Shown: piece by piece, positions 27,233 through 38,300 of the stretch | How the letters are laid out: every line of letters starts with the position of its first letter | How positions within the stretch are numbered: position 1 is the stretch's first letter | From: a virus | Lineage: Duplodnaviria; Caudoviricetes | Direction: 5' to 3' (one strand) | IMG/VR virus record: IMGVR_UViG_3300037781_000079 | Span: 6,489-70,488 of that record | Length of the DNA stretch: 64,000 nt | Notes under the pieces: generated by a model | The model's input: only the letters and a program-made list of their open reading frames with translations | Told to the model about the DNA's origin: nothing | Database searches by the model: none | Program-made: the position numbers and the translations under genes

Positions 27233-29354
27233 GAAAACGAACGTAGGTGAATCTCTAAGGAGTGTCATTCTTGGGGATATGACAACCACTGATGCAAAAA
27301 GACTGAGAATTGCAGAGCGCGTTGATTCCAGGTCTGCAAAACAAGATCTTGTAGGAGATATTTACGACATCAACAATGAAGCTCAAGAAAATCAGATTGC
27401 GGCAACCGCTCGAAGCCAAGAAATCGACCCGATTTACAATTTCGGCGACATGGGCGCGTCTCGTGCAATTTCGTTTCAAGAGGAGTATCCGACCCTGAAC
27501 GCGCCTATTCAGCAAGGTGTTTACCAGGGCTCTCAAATAGGTAGTGTTCCAATCTTTGCTGCGAATCCCGCCGTAATACCAATGGAGGTCATTCGATCTC
27601 GCAGAAAGGCTCTCCGTGAGGCGTACGCCAAGATGGAGCAGGACATGTCTGAGGTTGAGATGATTTCTTTGTCTCGCGGCGCCGAAGCCTACAACGATGT
27701 CATGTACGCAAAGGCGTATGAAGGGCTTGAAAAAGATCTTGAAAAGCACGGCTACAGTTATCGTAGGCTGCTTCAAAACCCAAAGGACTACCAGGCGTTC
27801 ATGAAAAGAGTTACACAGCTCAACAACGTAATGGATAAGTCAAAATGGGTAGAAAAGGAAATAGATCGGTACTCTACACAGATGGCAGAGGATAAAGATC
27901 TATACGTTCCTCAAAAACTGAGGAATATTATGATGAAGTGGAATACCGGAGATTACGATTCTGAATCTTGGCTTGACGGAGACGCCAAACAGCTTAACGA
28001 AATAGTAGCTCAATTCAGAGAGTACAGAAACCTTCAGAATACAGTTGAAGGCATGATTTCAAGTGGCTCTCTAAAGCTCGACAAAACTGTTGTCAGCTCG
28101 ACCATTGACAAACTCAACCAGATGTTTCAGAACAACGAGCTTGAGGAATCTACTATCAAGTCTCTTAGTGATGCGTACCGTCTGTACAAATCAACCGGTG
28201 ATTACGATGCCTTCATAACAGCTACATTCCAGGCTGTACCGGATGACAGGATCGATGTTATAGCTGATCAGATGGCTGAATCCGGAGAATACTTCCAGGA
28301 CAAGGATGAGATTAAAAAGTACATCAGAGCCATGGCTTACAAGAGCCTTGAGGTTGACCTTGAGGCCTTAAACAGGTACAACTGGCAAGCAAGGGCAAAG
28401 GGTGTCAACGCCACTCAGAAGGATTCTTTCTTCAGCGCTGTAGGCAACTCGTACTTTGGCACAAACAGCAATGTTTTGCGTCCAGACTTGAAGTCTTCCA
28501 TCTCAGAGGCCGGTAATGATCCTGCTCGAATTTCAGAGGCACTCAATAAGGCCGGGAATTCAAAATCATGGAGCTTTACAGATGGTGTTTACAAGAGCAA
28601 AATCAAGATACCACCTGAAAGGCGTGAGCTCGTAGAGAATGTTCTGATTAGCAGCTTTGACAAAATAAAGAGCCCGTACGATGGAAGGTTTTACACTGTC
28701 GATGGTTACCGAGATGAACTTCTCGAAGACCTCGAGTCTGCTAAAGCGGGTGATGCTAACGCTTGGAGTGTGATAGAAAAGGTTGACGGTGGGCTGAACC
28801 CTGAAGAAAGCAACTATTGGAGCAAGCTACGATCTGAATCCATAAGCGGGATGGACGGAGTTGATGAGGAAACAGCCGGCATGTATGTGGATATGTACAT
28901 CGAACACAAGTTGCTTTCAGGTACCTCAACCTATGCTTCGAAATACAAAAACACCGAAGCATCTTTAGAGATACAAAAAGCCGTTGTTGACGCAAATGGT
29001 GTAACCACCTATATCCCCACCGGTAAAAGTCTTTCAGACCTTATGAAGGCCGGAGCCGAGACTGATCTCGTGGTAGCTGTAACTTACACTCCTGTATCCA
29101 CAACAAAAGGCTTTGTACCGGACCCTGATGGAGGTTCAAGCCCTATATCTCAAGACGTTGTGGTCAGCAAAGGGATAGGAGTCATGTATTACAACCTGGC
29201 TGATCCTACTGACGTAACAGCTCTTGATAACATGTTCGGAACCGGCTTCACGAGTCAGATGAACTTTAACGCAGCAGGGGAGATATTTTTCGGTGGTTCT
29301 AACACTGGCACACAAGACCAAGAGTCGGAAGCAGCTGATATGTTGAGCAATTAA
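27222..29354 (+). CDS. putative internal (ejected) virion protein, 710 aa
   Basis: Helical composition, position before giant protein. Confidence 0.5.
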   Translation: MASKKTNVGESLRSVILGDMTTTDAKRLRIAERVDSRSAKQDLVGDIYDINNEAQENQIAATARSQEIDPIYNFGDMGASRAISFQEEYPTLNAPIQQGVYQGSQIGSVPIFAANPAVIPMEVIRSRRKALREAYAKMEQDMSEVEMISLSRGAEAYNDVMYAKAYEGLEKDLEKHGYSYRRLLQNPKDYQAFMKRVTQLNNVMDKSKWVEKEIDRYSTQMAEDKDLYVPQKLRNIMMKWNTGDYDSESWLDGDAKQLNEIVAQFREYRNLQNTVEGMISSGSLKLDKTVVSSTIDKLNQMFQNNELEESTIKSLSDAYRLYKSTGDYDAFITATFQAVPDDRIDVIADQMAESGEYFQDKDEIKKYIRAMAYKSLEVDLEALNRYNWQARAKGVNATQKDSFFSAVGNSYFGTNSNVLRPDLKSSISEAGNDPARISEALNKAGNSKSWSFTDGVYKSKIKIPPERRELVENVLISSFDKIKSPYDGRFYTVDGYRDELLEDLESAKAGDANAWSVIEKVDGGLNPEESNYWSKLRSESISGMDGVDEETAGMYVDMYIEHKLLSGTSTYASKYKNTEASLEIQKAVVDANGVTTYIPTGKSLSDLMKAGAETDLVVAVTYTPVSTTKGFVPDPDGGSSPISQDVVVSKGIGVMYYNLADPTDVTALDNMFGTGFTSQMNFNAAGEIFFGGSNTGTQDQESEAADMLSN

Positions 29355-29365
29355 AAAGAAGCGAG

Positions 29366-32300
29366 TTGACACAGCAGACAACATTAGGAGGTCCAACAGG
29401 GCCAGGTGGGCCACAAGGTCCAGAAAACGGAAAGCCTTCAGTAACAGCAAGGCAAGTTTACGATTACGTCAGGTCTTTTGACAAAATCAAACCTATTGTA
29501 GGAGACTCTTTTGAGGAGTTCTCCGATAAGTACAGTGACCCGGTTGCGCAGGTGAAGCTGTGGGAGGCTGTGTCGAAACTCTCCACTAAGAGAAGACCCG
29601 ATTTCGATTTCAACGACATCGACGGATTCAAGAAGGGTGTTTCTGAGACGATAGACCCAAAATCATCAGCCGCTACTCGAGCGCTTGATAATCTCACCAG
29701 GTCTACCGTGAAGCCATCATACCTTGGTACCGGTGATGAATCTGACCGCGATGACAAACCTATAACCGGCAGCATACCTCCAATCACAAAGGAGCAGAAG
29801 CAGGAAAAAGAAAGAGCGAAAAAAGAAGAGGAGCAAAAGAAAAAGGAAGAGGAGGAAAAGAAAAAAAACAGAGAAGCAGAAGAGCAAAGAGGTCAAATCC
29901 AGTCGAATCTCGAAACCGCTCCTGACCAACCTGTTTCCCCTTTGGGGCCAACAAGGATCACGTCACCAAGCGAGTTTTTCGGAGGTCCTGCTCCTGATGC
30001 TGAGAGTCTCGAAATGCAGAGACTTGCCGGTTCTGATGTCCCAACAGAAAGCATCGTCCCATCAAATGCTTTAGGTGCTGATCCATCTTTGAGGCTCACG
30101 ATTGATCAGGCTGTCAGTATGGGTTATGTGGATGAATACTCAAACATCGATGGCACCTCTTCGTATCAGATAGCCCCTCACTTGTCATCAGAGATGGCAG
30201 AGTGGGTCAACAGTAGGTTTGACCCGAGTAAGCCGAACCCTATTAGCACCGGTGATGAAGAGGCGATAAAAGACAGGGTGAACACGTTTGAGACGGCTGC
30301 CAACGTAGCGTCGGACTCAAGCCAGTGGACCGAAAGGAGAAGGCTCAAAATGCAAGCTGACCTCATTGACCTCGGGTATGACCCAGATCAAGCAAGGAAG
30401 AAAGCGTCGTCCATCATGGAGACCGCCGAAGATGCGCTGTGGTCGAAGAAGTACGGCAGCTTCCTTGGTGATGATTTTTTCAGCAAGTACGATTGGGACA
30501 AGGAGTACAGGAGTATAAAAGACCCCTACGCTTTTCTTAGGGAGCAAAACCCTGATTTACCAGAAGGCTCGGCAACAGCAATGCTGCCAAACTTCGACCA
30601 ATACAACGAAGTTCAGAAAGGTCTTCTATCTCAAATACCCCAAGACGATAGCTTTGATAGCAGGATTATCGGTAATTATTGGGTTACATCAGTGTCTTCT
30701 GATCCTCGAGTGATCAAGGATATTGACAGGTACGCCAAGCTCGTCGAATCCGTAAAGGAAGGCGAAGATCTCAGCGAGAAAGACGAGGCGTTTCTCATGG
30801 GCACAAGGGTCAAAGCGTATCAGATGTTCGCAAAACACATCGAGGCAGAGACCAAGCGACTGAACTCTACGATTGATTGGAATCTCTACAACGAAGGCGT
30901 AGAGGAATACGCAAAGATAGATTCAGACCTCAAGGAGCTTGTTCAAAAAATAGAGGCTTCCGGAGGTGTTACAGAGGATGATCCTGACTACAAGAGATAC
31001 CGAGAGCTTGTTCAGGAAATGAAGGTGTCTCTTGAAAAGTGGAAGAAGTCCGGAGTAAACCAAGAGAATATCTCTCTCGCGACAAACATGTGGGCGGCGC
31101 AGAAGGTGCTCACTCAGCAAGCGAACCATGTATTATCGAACCGGGCGGTAATATACCCCGACCTTGAAAAGATGGTCTCAGAAAAGGAGGCTATCAGAAG
31201 GTTGAAAAGCGATGCTTACACTTGGTCGTCAAGCGTCTTTTCAAGCGGTGGTTCAGCCGGTCTTGGTTCGTACGCCCAGGCTACAGGAGTACAGGCTTTC
31301 GATCAAGTCATAAGACCAATGGTGTCTCCATTCACAAGGCTTGCAGAAAGTATTCTGAAGACGCCAAAGAACATTCAAGATGGTCTCGGTGTAGCTGAAA
31401 ACACCTGGACACTGCTTGACGACGTTTATGATTGGGCGGACGCTTCCGGGCAAGAACTTTGGGATCCACCAAAGGAACTTCAAGGTGAGCTCTTCAACGA
31501 GGATCTCTCTGTGAACTGGACCCTGATGCCGTCAAAGTCATTTGAGGCTATTTCTCAGCTGTACATGTTTGCTGTTTCCGGTGGAGCTGCAGGTGCACCA
31601 GGTATCGTTGTGAATGCTGCCATCATGGAGCAAGACAACCTTTACCAAGAGGCAATCAACGCGGGTCTCGACAGGCAAGAAGCCAGTATCTTCTCGACAT
31701 CTCTCGGTCTTGCTATTGGACTATCGGAGCTTATTGTTCGAGACGACAAAGTTGTAGGTCTGACACGTACAGTAAAGAAGGAAGTCACCGAGACTACCCT
31801 TCGAATGATAAAAGACGGTGTGTCACCAAGGGTTGCGGTCAAAAGAGCGTTGACTGATATCGGCATGAATACCACCAAAGAGGGTATGGAAGAGGTCATC
31901 AACCTCGCCACAGAAAAAGCCGGTAAGCTCACTTACAACATGGTCTACAATGAGCGCCTGTTTGATGATGAGATTCACCTGAATGAAGCTGCTGAAGCGT
32001 TCACGATGGGTATGGTCGCCGGGTTCTTCGGTGGCGCCGGAGGAGCCATTAACAGTTCCCGAAGCAAGGTTCGACAGGATTACATGTTCAATGCTGCTCA
32101 AAACAAGGATCAGACCATTGACGTGATCGATAAGTCGAACATGTACACTCAGCAAGAAAGGGAGCAGTTCAAGCAACTGGTAAGGGACTACGCTGAGATT
32201 ATTGAGGCTCAATCAGATGAAGTCAAGAACCTGCCGGCATGGATGAGGTCTGAGCTTGCTGCTGTGGAGTATGAGATTTCTCAGTACGCCAAAGACAAGA

Positions 32301-35300
32301 ACGCAGAGAGAATGACCGCGAACAATCCGTTCGTAAATAGAGATCAGCTCAGGAATGAAGTAACAAGAGCGAAGTTTGGCGCCTACATGGACAAGATGGC
32401 GAAAAGGCCGCTCACCGAAGTTCAGAAGGTTCTTGCTCGAGAAGTAGAAGTGGAGCTTCAAGAGCTCAGGAGGCTCCGTGAACAACTCTCACCAGGAGAA
32501 ACAAGAGCGTCTTTTACCGGTTCCGGACTTGATCAACGCTCGAGAGGGAAGACCTCGATAAGAGATCGCGCAAGGTCGATATTCACCAGGCATAAAAAGA
32601 ACACTCAAGACACTCAAGACTCAAGACCATTCAAGGGTCCTAAGAGCGAAGTTGGTTACTACTACATCGCCGGAAAGGAGTTTATGCTTGACGCTGATCT
32701 CGACAACCCGCTCGATGCGGTAAGGATGACTCCGGAAGGTACAATCGTTGTCACCCTGGTTGATGACGACGGTAACAGATCTCAAATTGCCGGAAAGCAT
32801 GCGAGTGATCTTTTGAACCAAGTGATTTCAGACATCACAGATCAGTCTGATCAAGAGATTATTGATTCCCTTGTTGAACAACTCGATGTCACTGAAGAAG
32901 TGGCTCAAGAGATGCTTAACACAGCAAGGGTTGAATCCACAGAAGAAGCAAATCAAGAATCGCAAGCAAGAGAGCAAGAGCTTGACGACAAGGTGGTTCA
33001 GGAGGTTTCATCTCAAGTATCCGAAGAGGTAGCCACCGAGGAAATAACCACCGAGGAAGTCACTACGCAAGAGGAGGAAACCACCGAAGAAACCGCTACC
33101 GAGGAAACCGCTACAGAAGAAGAAACCGCTACCGAGGAAACTCAGGATCAAACCCCTCAAATCACAAAAGAAGAGCTCGAAGAGGAGATTCAAATCATTA
33201 CCGACAAGATAATCAGGGGTCAGGTTCTATCACCTACACAGATGGTTATTTACGACAATATGCGTAACACCATCACCGAGGCGGTAGAGGCATCTCTTGA
33301 CGGTCGGACATTCTCCATAGACCAAGCGCAAGAAGAGACTCAAGAGGAAACTCAAGAGGAAGTTCAAGAAGAAGCCCAGGAAGATCAAATGTCGGAAGAG
33401 GATCGCCAGATAGTATTCGAGATAACCGGCAAGCTCGTAGGAGAAGAAACACAGGAAACCCAGGAGGAAACCCAGGAGGAAACCCAGGAGGAAACCCAGG
33501 AGGAAACCCAGGAGGAAGAAGAGGAGATTCAAGAACAGGAAACCCAAGAAGAAACTGTAGAAGAGGTAGATGAAGCACTCAGCTCAGAAGAGAAAAACGC
33601 TGAAAGAGCTCGTGAGATGCTACAGGAGGAGAAACTCTTCACTGAAGAGGAGATTAGAGAGATAGCCATGCTTCTGCCTGGGGCTGTAGAGATAATAAGG
33701 GTTGCAGAAGAAAAGGGTTGGGAACTTAGTTTTTCCTACAAGCATACACGAGATGAGGTATTCGTAGGTGTAAGAAAGAGAGAGCATAGCCCTTTAATTC
33801 ATTGGGTTAACGTATCTACATATTCTCCTTCGAAATGGTTTTTTGATCATACTTACCACGTTGGGTCAGGGGCTGTAAAACGAGGTTTTTCTCACAGGTA
33901 TGACATGGCTGAGTCCATTCAGAAGGCTATAGACTCGGTAAAAATCGATGAGGACACTGCAGATACCCAACAGGAAGAAGTTGTAGAGGAAGAGACTGTA
34001 GAAGAGGTAGATCAAGATCTCTACCCAGGAGCGACAGAGCTAAAGACGGATAGGCTTTCTCTGTACGATAGGAGCGCTGAATCCGAACCTGCTGATTTTG
34101 GAAGGACAAAAACACCTCTCAAGGTCTGGGGTATTATGACCGATAAGGGCCCGAGGTTTTTCGCCAAAAGCGAGAGGTACAAAGGTTGGATAGAGGTTAC
34201 CTTAAAAGGAAACTCTCAAGGGCGATGGATGCTCGCGAACCCGGTCTCTAAGAAAACCTACCAAAGTAAAGGCAAGGTAGAAGAGGCCATGGCTGACAAT
34301 ACCGGCGTTGCTAAAGCGTCTGAGTCCGTTTCAAAGCCATCTACACCAAAAACAAATCAAGGAGTTACAGAAGCAAGACGAACACCGTCGGACATCGTGT
34401 CTCTCGCGGAAGCTATAAACGAAGAGGCAAAAGATGAGTCTGAAACCGTCTCGCTTGAAGAGATAGAGGAGATTTACAGGCTGTTCTCTACCAAGAAAGA
34501 GTCTTCTATCAAGTCAGCCTTGAGGATGATAAACGTGATGCTTCCATCGGAAGTCGCGTTAGCAAGAGGTTGGGATGCGCACACTGACAAGAAAGCAGTC
34601 GAGTACAGCGAGTCAAGGCAGAAGCTCAAGGACCAACTCAAAGCCAGACATCAGCAAGCGATTAGAGAGTCTGACGAGTATCAGAAAGAACTCGACAGGC
34701 AAGCTCTTTCCGAGCAAGGCCGTCTTGACATGAAGGAAGGTATGGATATGATTGGTGACTCAGACAACATGTCGATGTCACTTGCTTTCAGTCTTACCAA
34801 TCTTACAAGGGGTAGCGCGAAAATACTCTCGGGAGCGATTAAGGTTTTGAGGTCTGAAGCTATGAAGGGTTCTGATCAAACAGCTCTTCTTGCCGCATTT
34901 GACAGGTACGCTGCAGATGGTTCTGAAGCCGCTTCAAGGCAGATAAACAGGCTTCTTAAAAAAATCCCTGCGCTTCAAGCGACAGCTGACAATGCGGAGT
35001 CATTCGGGAAAAGACTCGGAGTGGATAGCCGGTACAAGACGTTCCCTGCGGTAATAAGGGCAGCGCTCAGGAATGGAACCTCATCTGATGAGATCCTCGA
35101 CGCGATGTCCAGGTACGTGAAGATCGACAGTAAGACCGACTTCAAGAAGCTGTTTCCGGCGGAATACCAAGTTCTTGAAGATCTTGCCGAGTCGTATGGA
35201 GTGTCAAGCACAAAGCTGTTCAACTTCCTCGCGAATCCGGCAAAGCCCGGAAAGATGAAGAAGATGACGGATGATCAGGAGCTCATTTACCAAATGGTCA

Positions 35301-38300
35301 TTTCATCTGTCCTGGCTGAATCAAACAGCATGACCACCGGTGCTCAAGTTTCTGAACTCCTTGATGAGATGGCGGTAGCGTACGGTGTTACATCCATGTC
35401 TTCATCACTGACTCCGCTGAACCTCATGAATGTAGCCATGAGGATGAAAGCTCTTGCGGATGAATACCGGTCTATGAGCATTGAGGATGTTAGAGACCAA
35501 ATGGAAGAGGTGCTACTTGATTCGAAACTCAAGGTCAATGAGGAGCTCGAGAAGGCGTTCGAGAAGAACCAAGAGCTCAAAGACTTGATGGTCAGTATAA
35601 GACAAGAGTCGAGGGACAAAAAGAAGACGATTGACCAGAAGAAGCAGATTATAGCTGACCTTCTCAGGTCTACCATGAAGAAGGGTATCATGTCCAACTT
35701 GAACCCAAGCGACATGATGGTGATGGTTACTATTCTCAAAAACGTAGAGACAGCTGATCAGCTTGAAAAAGGAATACGTGAGATAAAATGGAGGGTCGGC
35801 AACGCATTTATCCGTCAGGCCCAGGGAACGCTTCAGAAACAACTGAAGTCGAAGTTTTCCAAAAAGGAGAATGGAATACTCAAGGCTAATAGGGTTGATG
35901 ACGCGACAAGAATTGCTGTTGAAAGGATCAAGAAAGCTATTGGTAAAGATGGTGAATCTGCAATTCCGACTTCTGATCTAAACAATGACAAACTCATAGA
36001 AGAGCTTGGCACCGATATATCAGATGATCGTAGAAAAGAGGTCGTCGCTACCATATATGCCAATGAAATCATACAGTCTTACAGGGCTGCGGATAACGTC
36101 CTTAAAAATCCGTCAGAATACTCTCCTGTAAATCAAGGAACCAGAGAGATAAGTAACACTCTGTCAGCTATCGGAAACATCAGCTCGGCATTAGAGAACT
36201 TCTCCACCCTGGTTGAAACTGGTCGTCAAAACCTGAAAGACGAGCTTTCTAAGGCTCACGAGGAGATACTCGACAATGTTGATCAGGTGTATGAAGGCAT
36301 AAGAAGGGAAGGCCCGGATACAGCCGCAGGGGAAACCACAGAGGAGTACCAAGGTAGGGTGAACCCAAGAAGGAAGGTTGGTAAAGACAACAAGCGAACC
36401 ATAGGGAACAAATTTAGGAGGTTTGTCTCTTCATTCAGGGGTATCATACAAGACATGGACGGATTGGCGGCAATGCTTTCGTTGAACAATCAGCGCCTCG
36501 TTGAGATGTCGAAAGACCTCCAAATTGGCGATGTCCACTACGAAAGAGACATGCACTCCGTTGGTAAGTTGGTTGAGGAAGCCTATGTCGCTTACTTCGG
36601 GAAGAACTACAGGAACACCATACGTGTCCTGAGAACAAGGAGGGCCATAAGGCTTGATGGTTTCGGGCGTTACGCGAGAGATCCTCGACACAACAACGGA
36701 CCAATGGTTCTCAATCAGTTCCAGGCGCTTCACGTTTGGCAGCAGTACAAGGATCCGACACAACTCAAAAACATTGCTCATACTTTTGGTATTGAGACCA
36801 GGAACAAAGACATCAAGGATGTAAAATCCGAGGTTGACGTGATAATGAAGCACATCGACAACAACCTTGATCCCAGAGTTAAAGAGTACGGTAATTGGAA
36901 GCAGCAAAAGCTATTCCCTTACATATACGAGCAGGTGAATCCTGTCTACAGGGCTGTGTACAGAGCTCAACTTCAGCAGGTCGAAGTGTACGTTGGTCCG
37001 GCTATAAAGAGGGGCACCGATATCTCCGAACCAACTCAGCTTCTTGACTCAAAAGACGATAGCTCAAGAGCTTTTGGCGCAAGCGTATCGAATAACTCAC
37101 TGAAGGAAAGGCAAGCCAACGTGCATGCACTTGAGATACTTGATGATGAGGTCATCACTTTCAAGTACCTGAACGACATGATGTGGTTCAAAAACATGGC
37201 TGTTCCCTTCAGAGACATGAAGAGGGTCATCACTAACCAAAAAGTCAAAGAAGCTGCTGAACAAGCGAATCTTGATAAAGAGCTCAAAAAGATGAACGAG
37301 CTTCTTAATGCTGCTTCGAACAGGTATGTAACTCTTCAGGACACAGCTACTAAAATCTTGAACTGGACCACCGGTGCGATGGCTGTAGGTACTCTCGGTG
37401 CGAACCTTGCTACATCCATAAAGCAAACGTCTTCAGCTATCATCGCTTTTTCGAGACACCCATACGGTGTTGCTGACTACTTCTGGACACTCATGAAGCT
37501 ATCTGCTCAACCGGCGAGAGTGGCCAGAACCGTGAAAAAACTGTACAAGGATCCATTCATAAGAAGGAGGTACGAAAAAAGCTATTCCGCCCTCCTGTCA
37601 TCAATGAACGACTACATAACCGGAGCACCTAAAACAGGGTCGAAAGTCATTCAGTTGATGGATTGGCTGTCGGGCTCCGTTATGTTCCACTTGAAGGTTG
37701 GTGACTTTTTTGGTGCTATGGGTGCTCTTCCGACTTACATATCCGTGTACGAGAAAGAGCTCGCGAAGACAAACGATCACGCAGCTGCAGAACTGAAAGC
37801 GATGGATGAATTCGCTATCTCTACCAAGAAGCTGCAGCAGTCGAGCTCGGGTCTTGACAAGGATAGCACACAGTTGAACCCAAACACCGCTATACTCAAC
37901 CTGTTCCTTACTGCTCCAAAGCAACAGTACAGGGAGTCGGTATCTGACCTCAGAGATATCTACAGACATCTTCACAACACCTTCAAGGGTACCAACTACA
38001 GCACACGAAAAGGGCTCGGCCACTCATTTATGAGTTGGGTAACAATCCGCTTCGCGCTGCCGGTGCTCATACAGTACATCGGGAATGGATTTATGGGACT
38101 TGCGGGTCTTTCTGATCCTGAAGAAGACGAGCAGTCTAAGGACTTGATAAGAGCTGCAGTGCTCGGAAACCTTAACGCTATTTTCTTCCTTGGATCGGTT
38201 CTTTCAACGTTTGCAGATGCTGTACAAGGAAAGCCATACACAAGGTTTGAGCTTACGCCAAGTGAGTCATTATGGAATACGTTCTTTGATTCTGTGAGGG

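Noticed and set aside
32690-32704. DADLD as an RNA polymerase DxDxD catalytic motif
   Set aside because: Context (EFMLDADLDNPLDAV) lacks the (N/S/G)xDFDxD setting of two-barrel RNAPs and lies next to the acidic linker; probably chance, though only a fold search can exclude it
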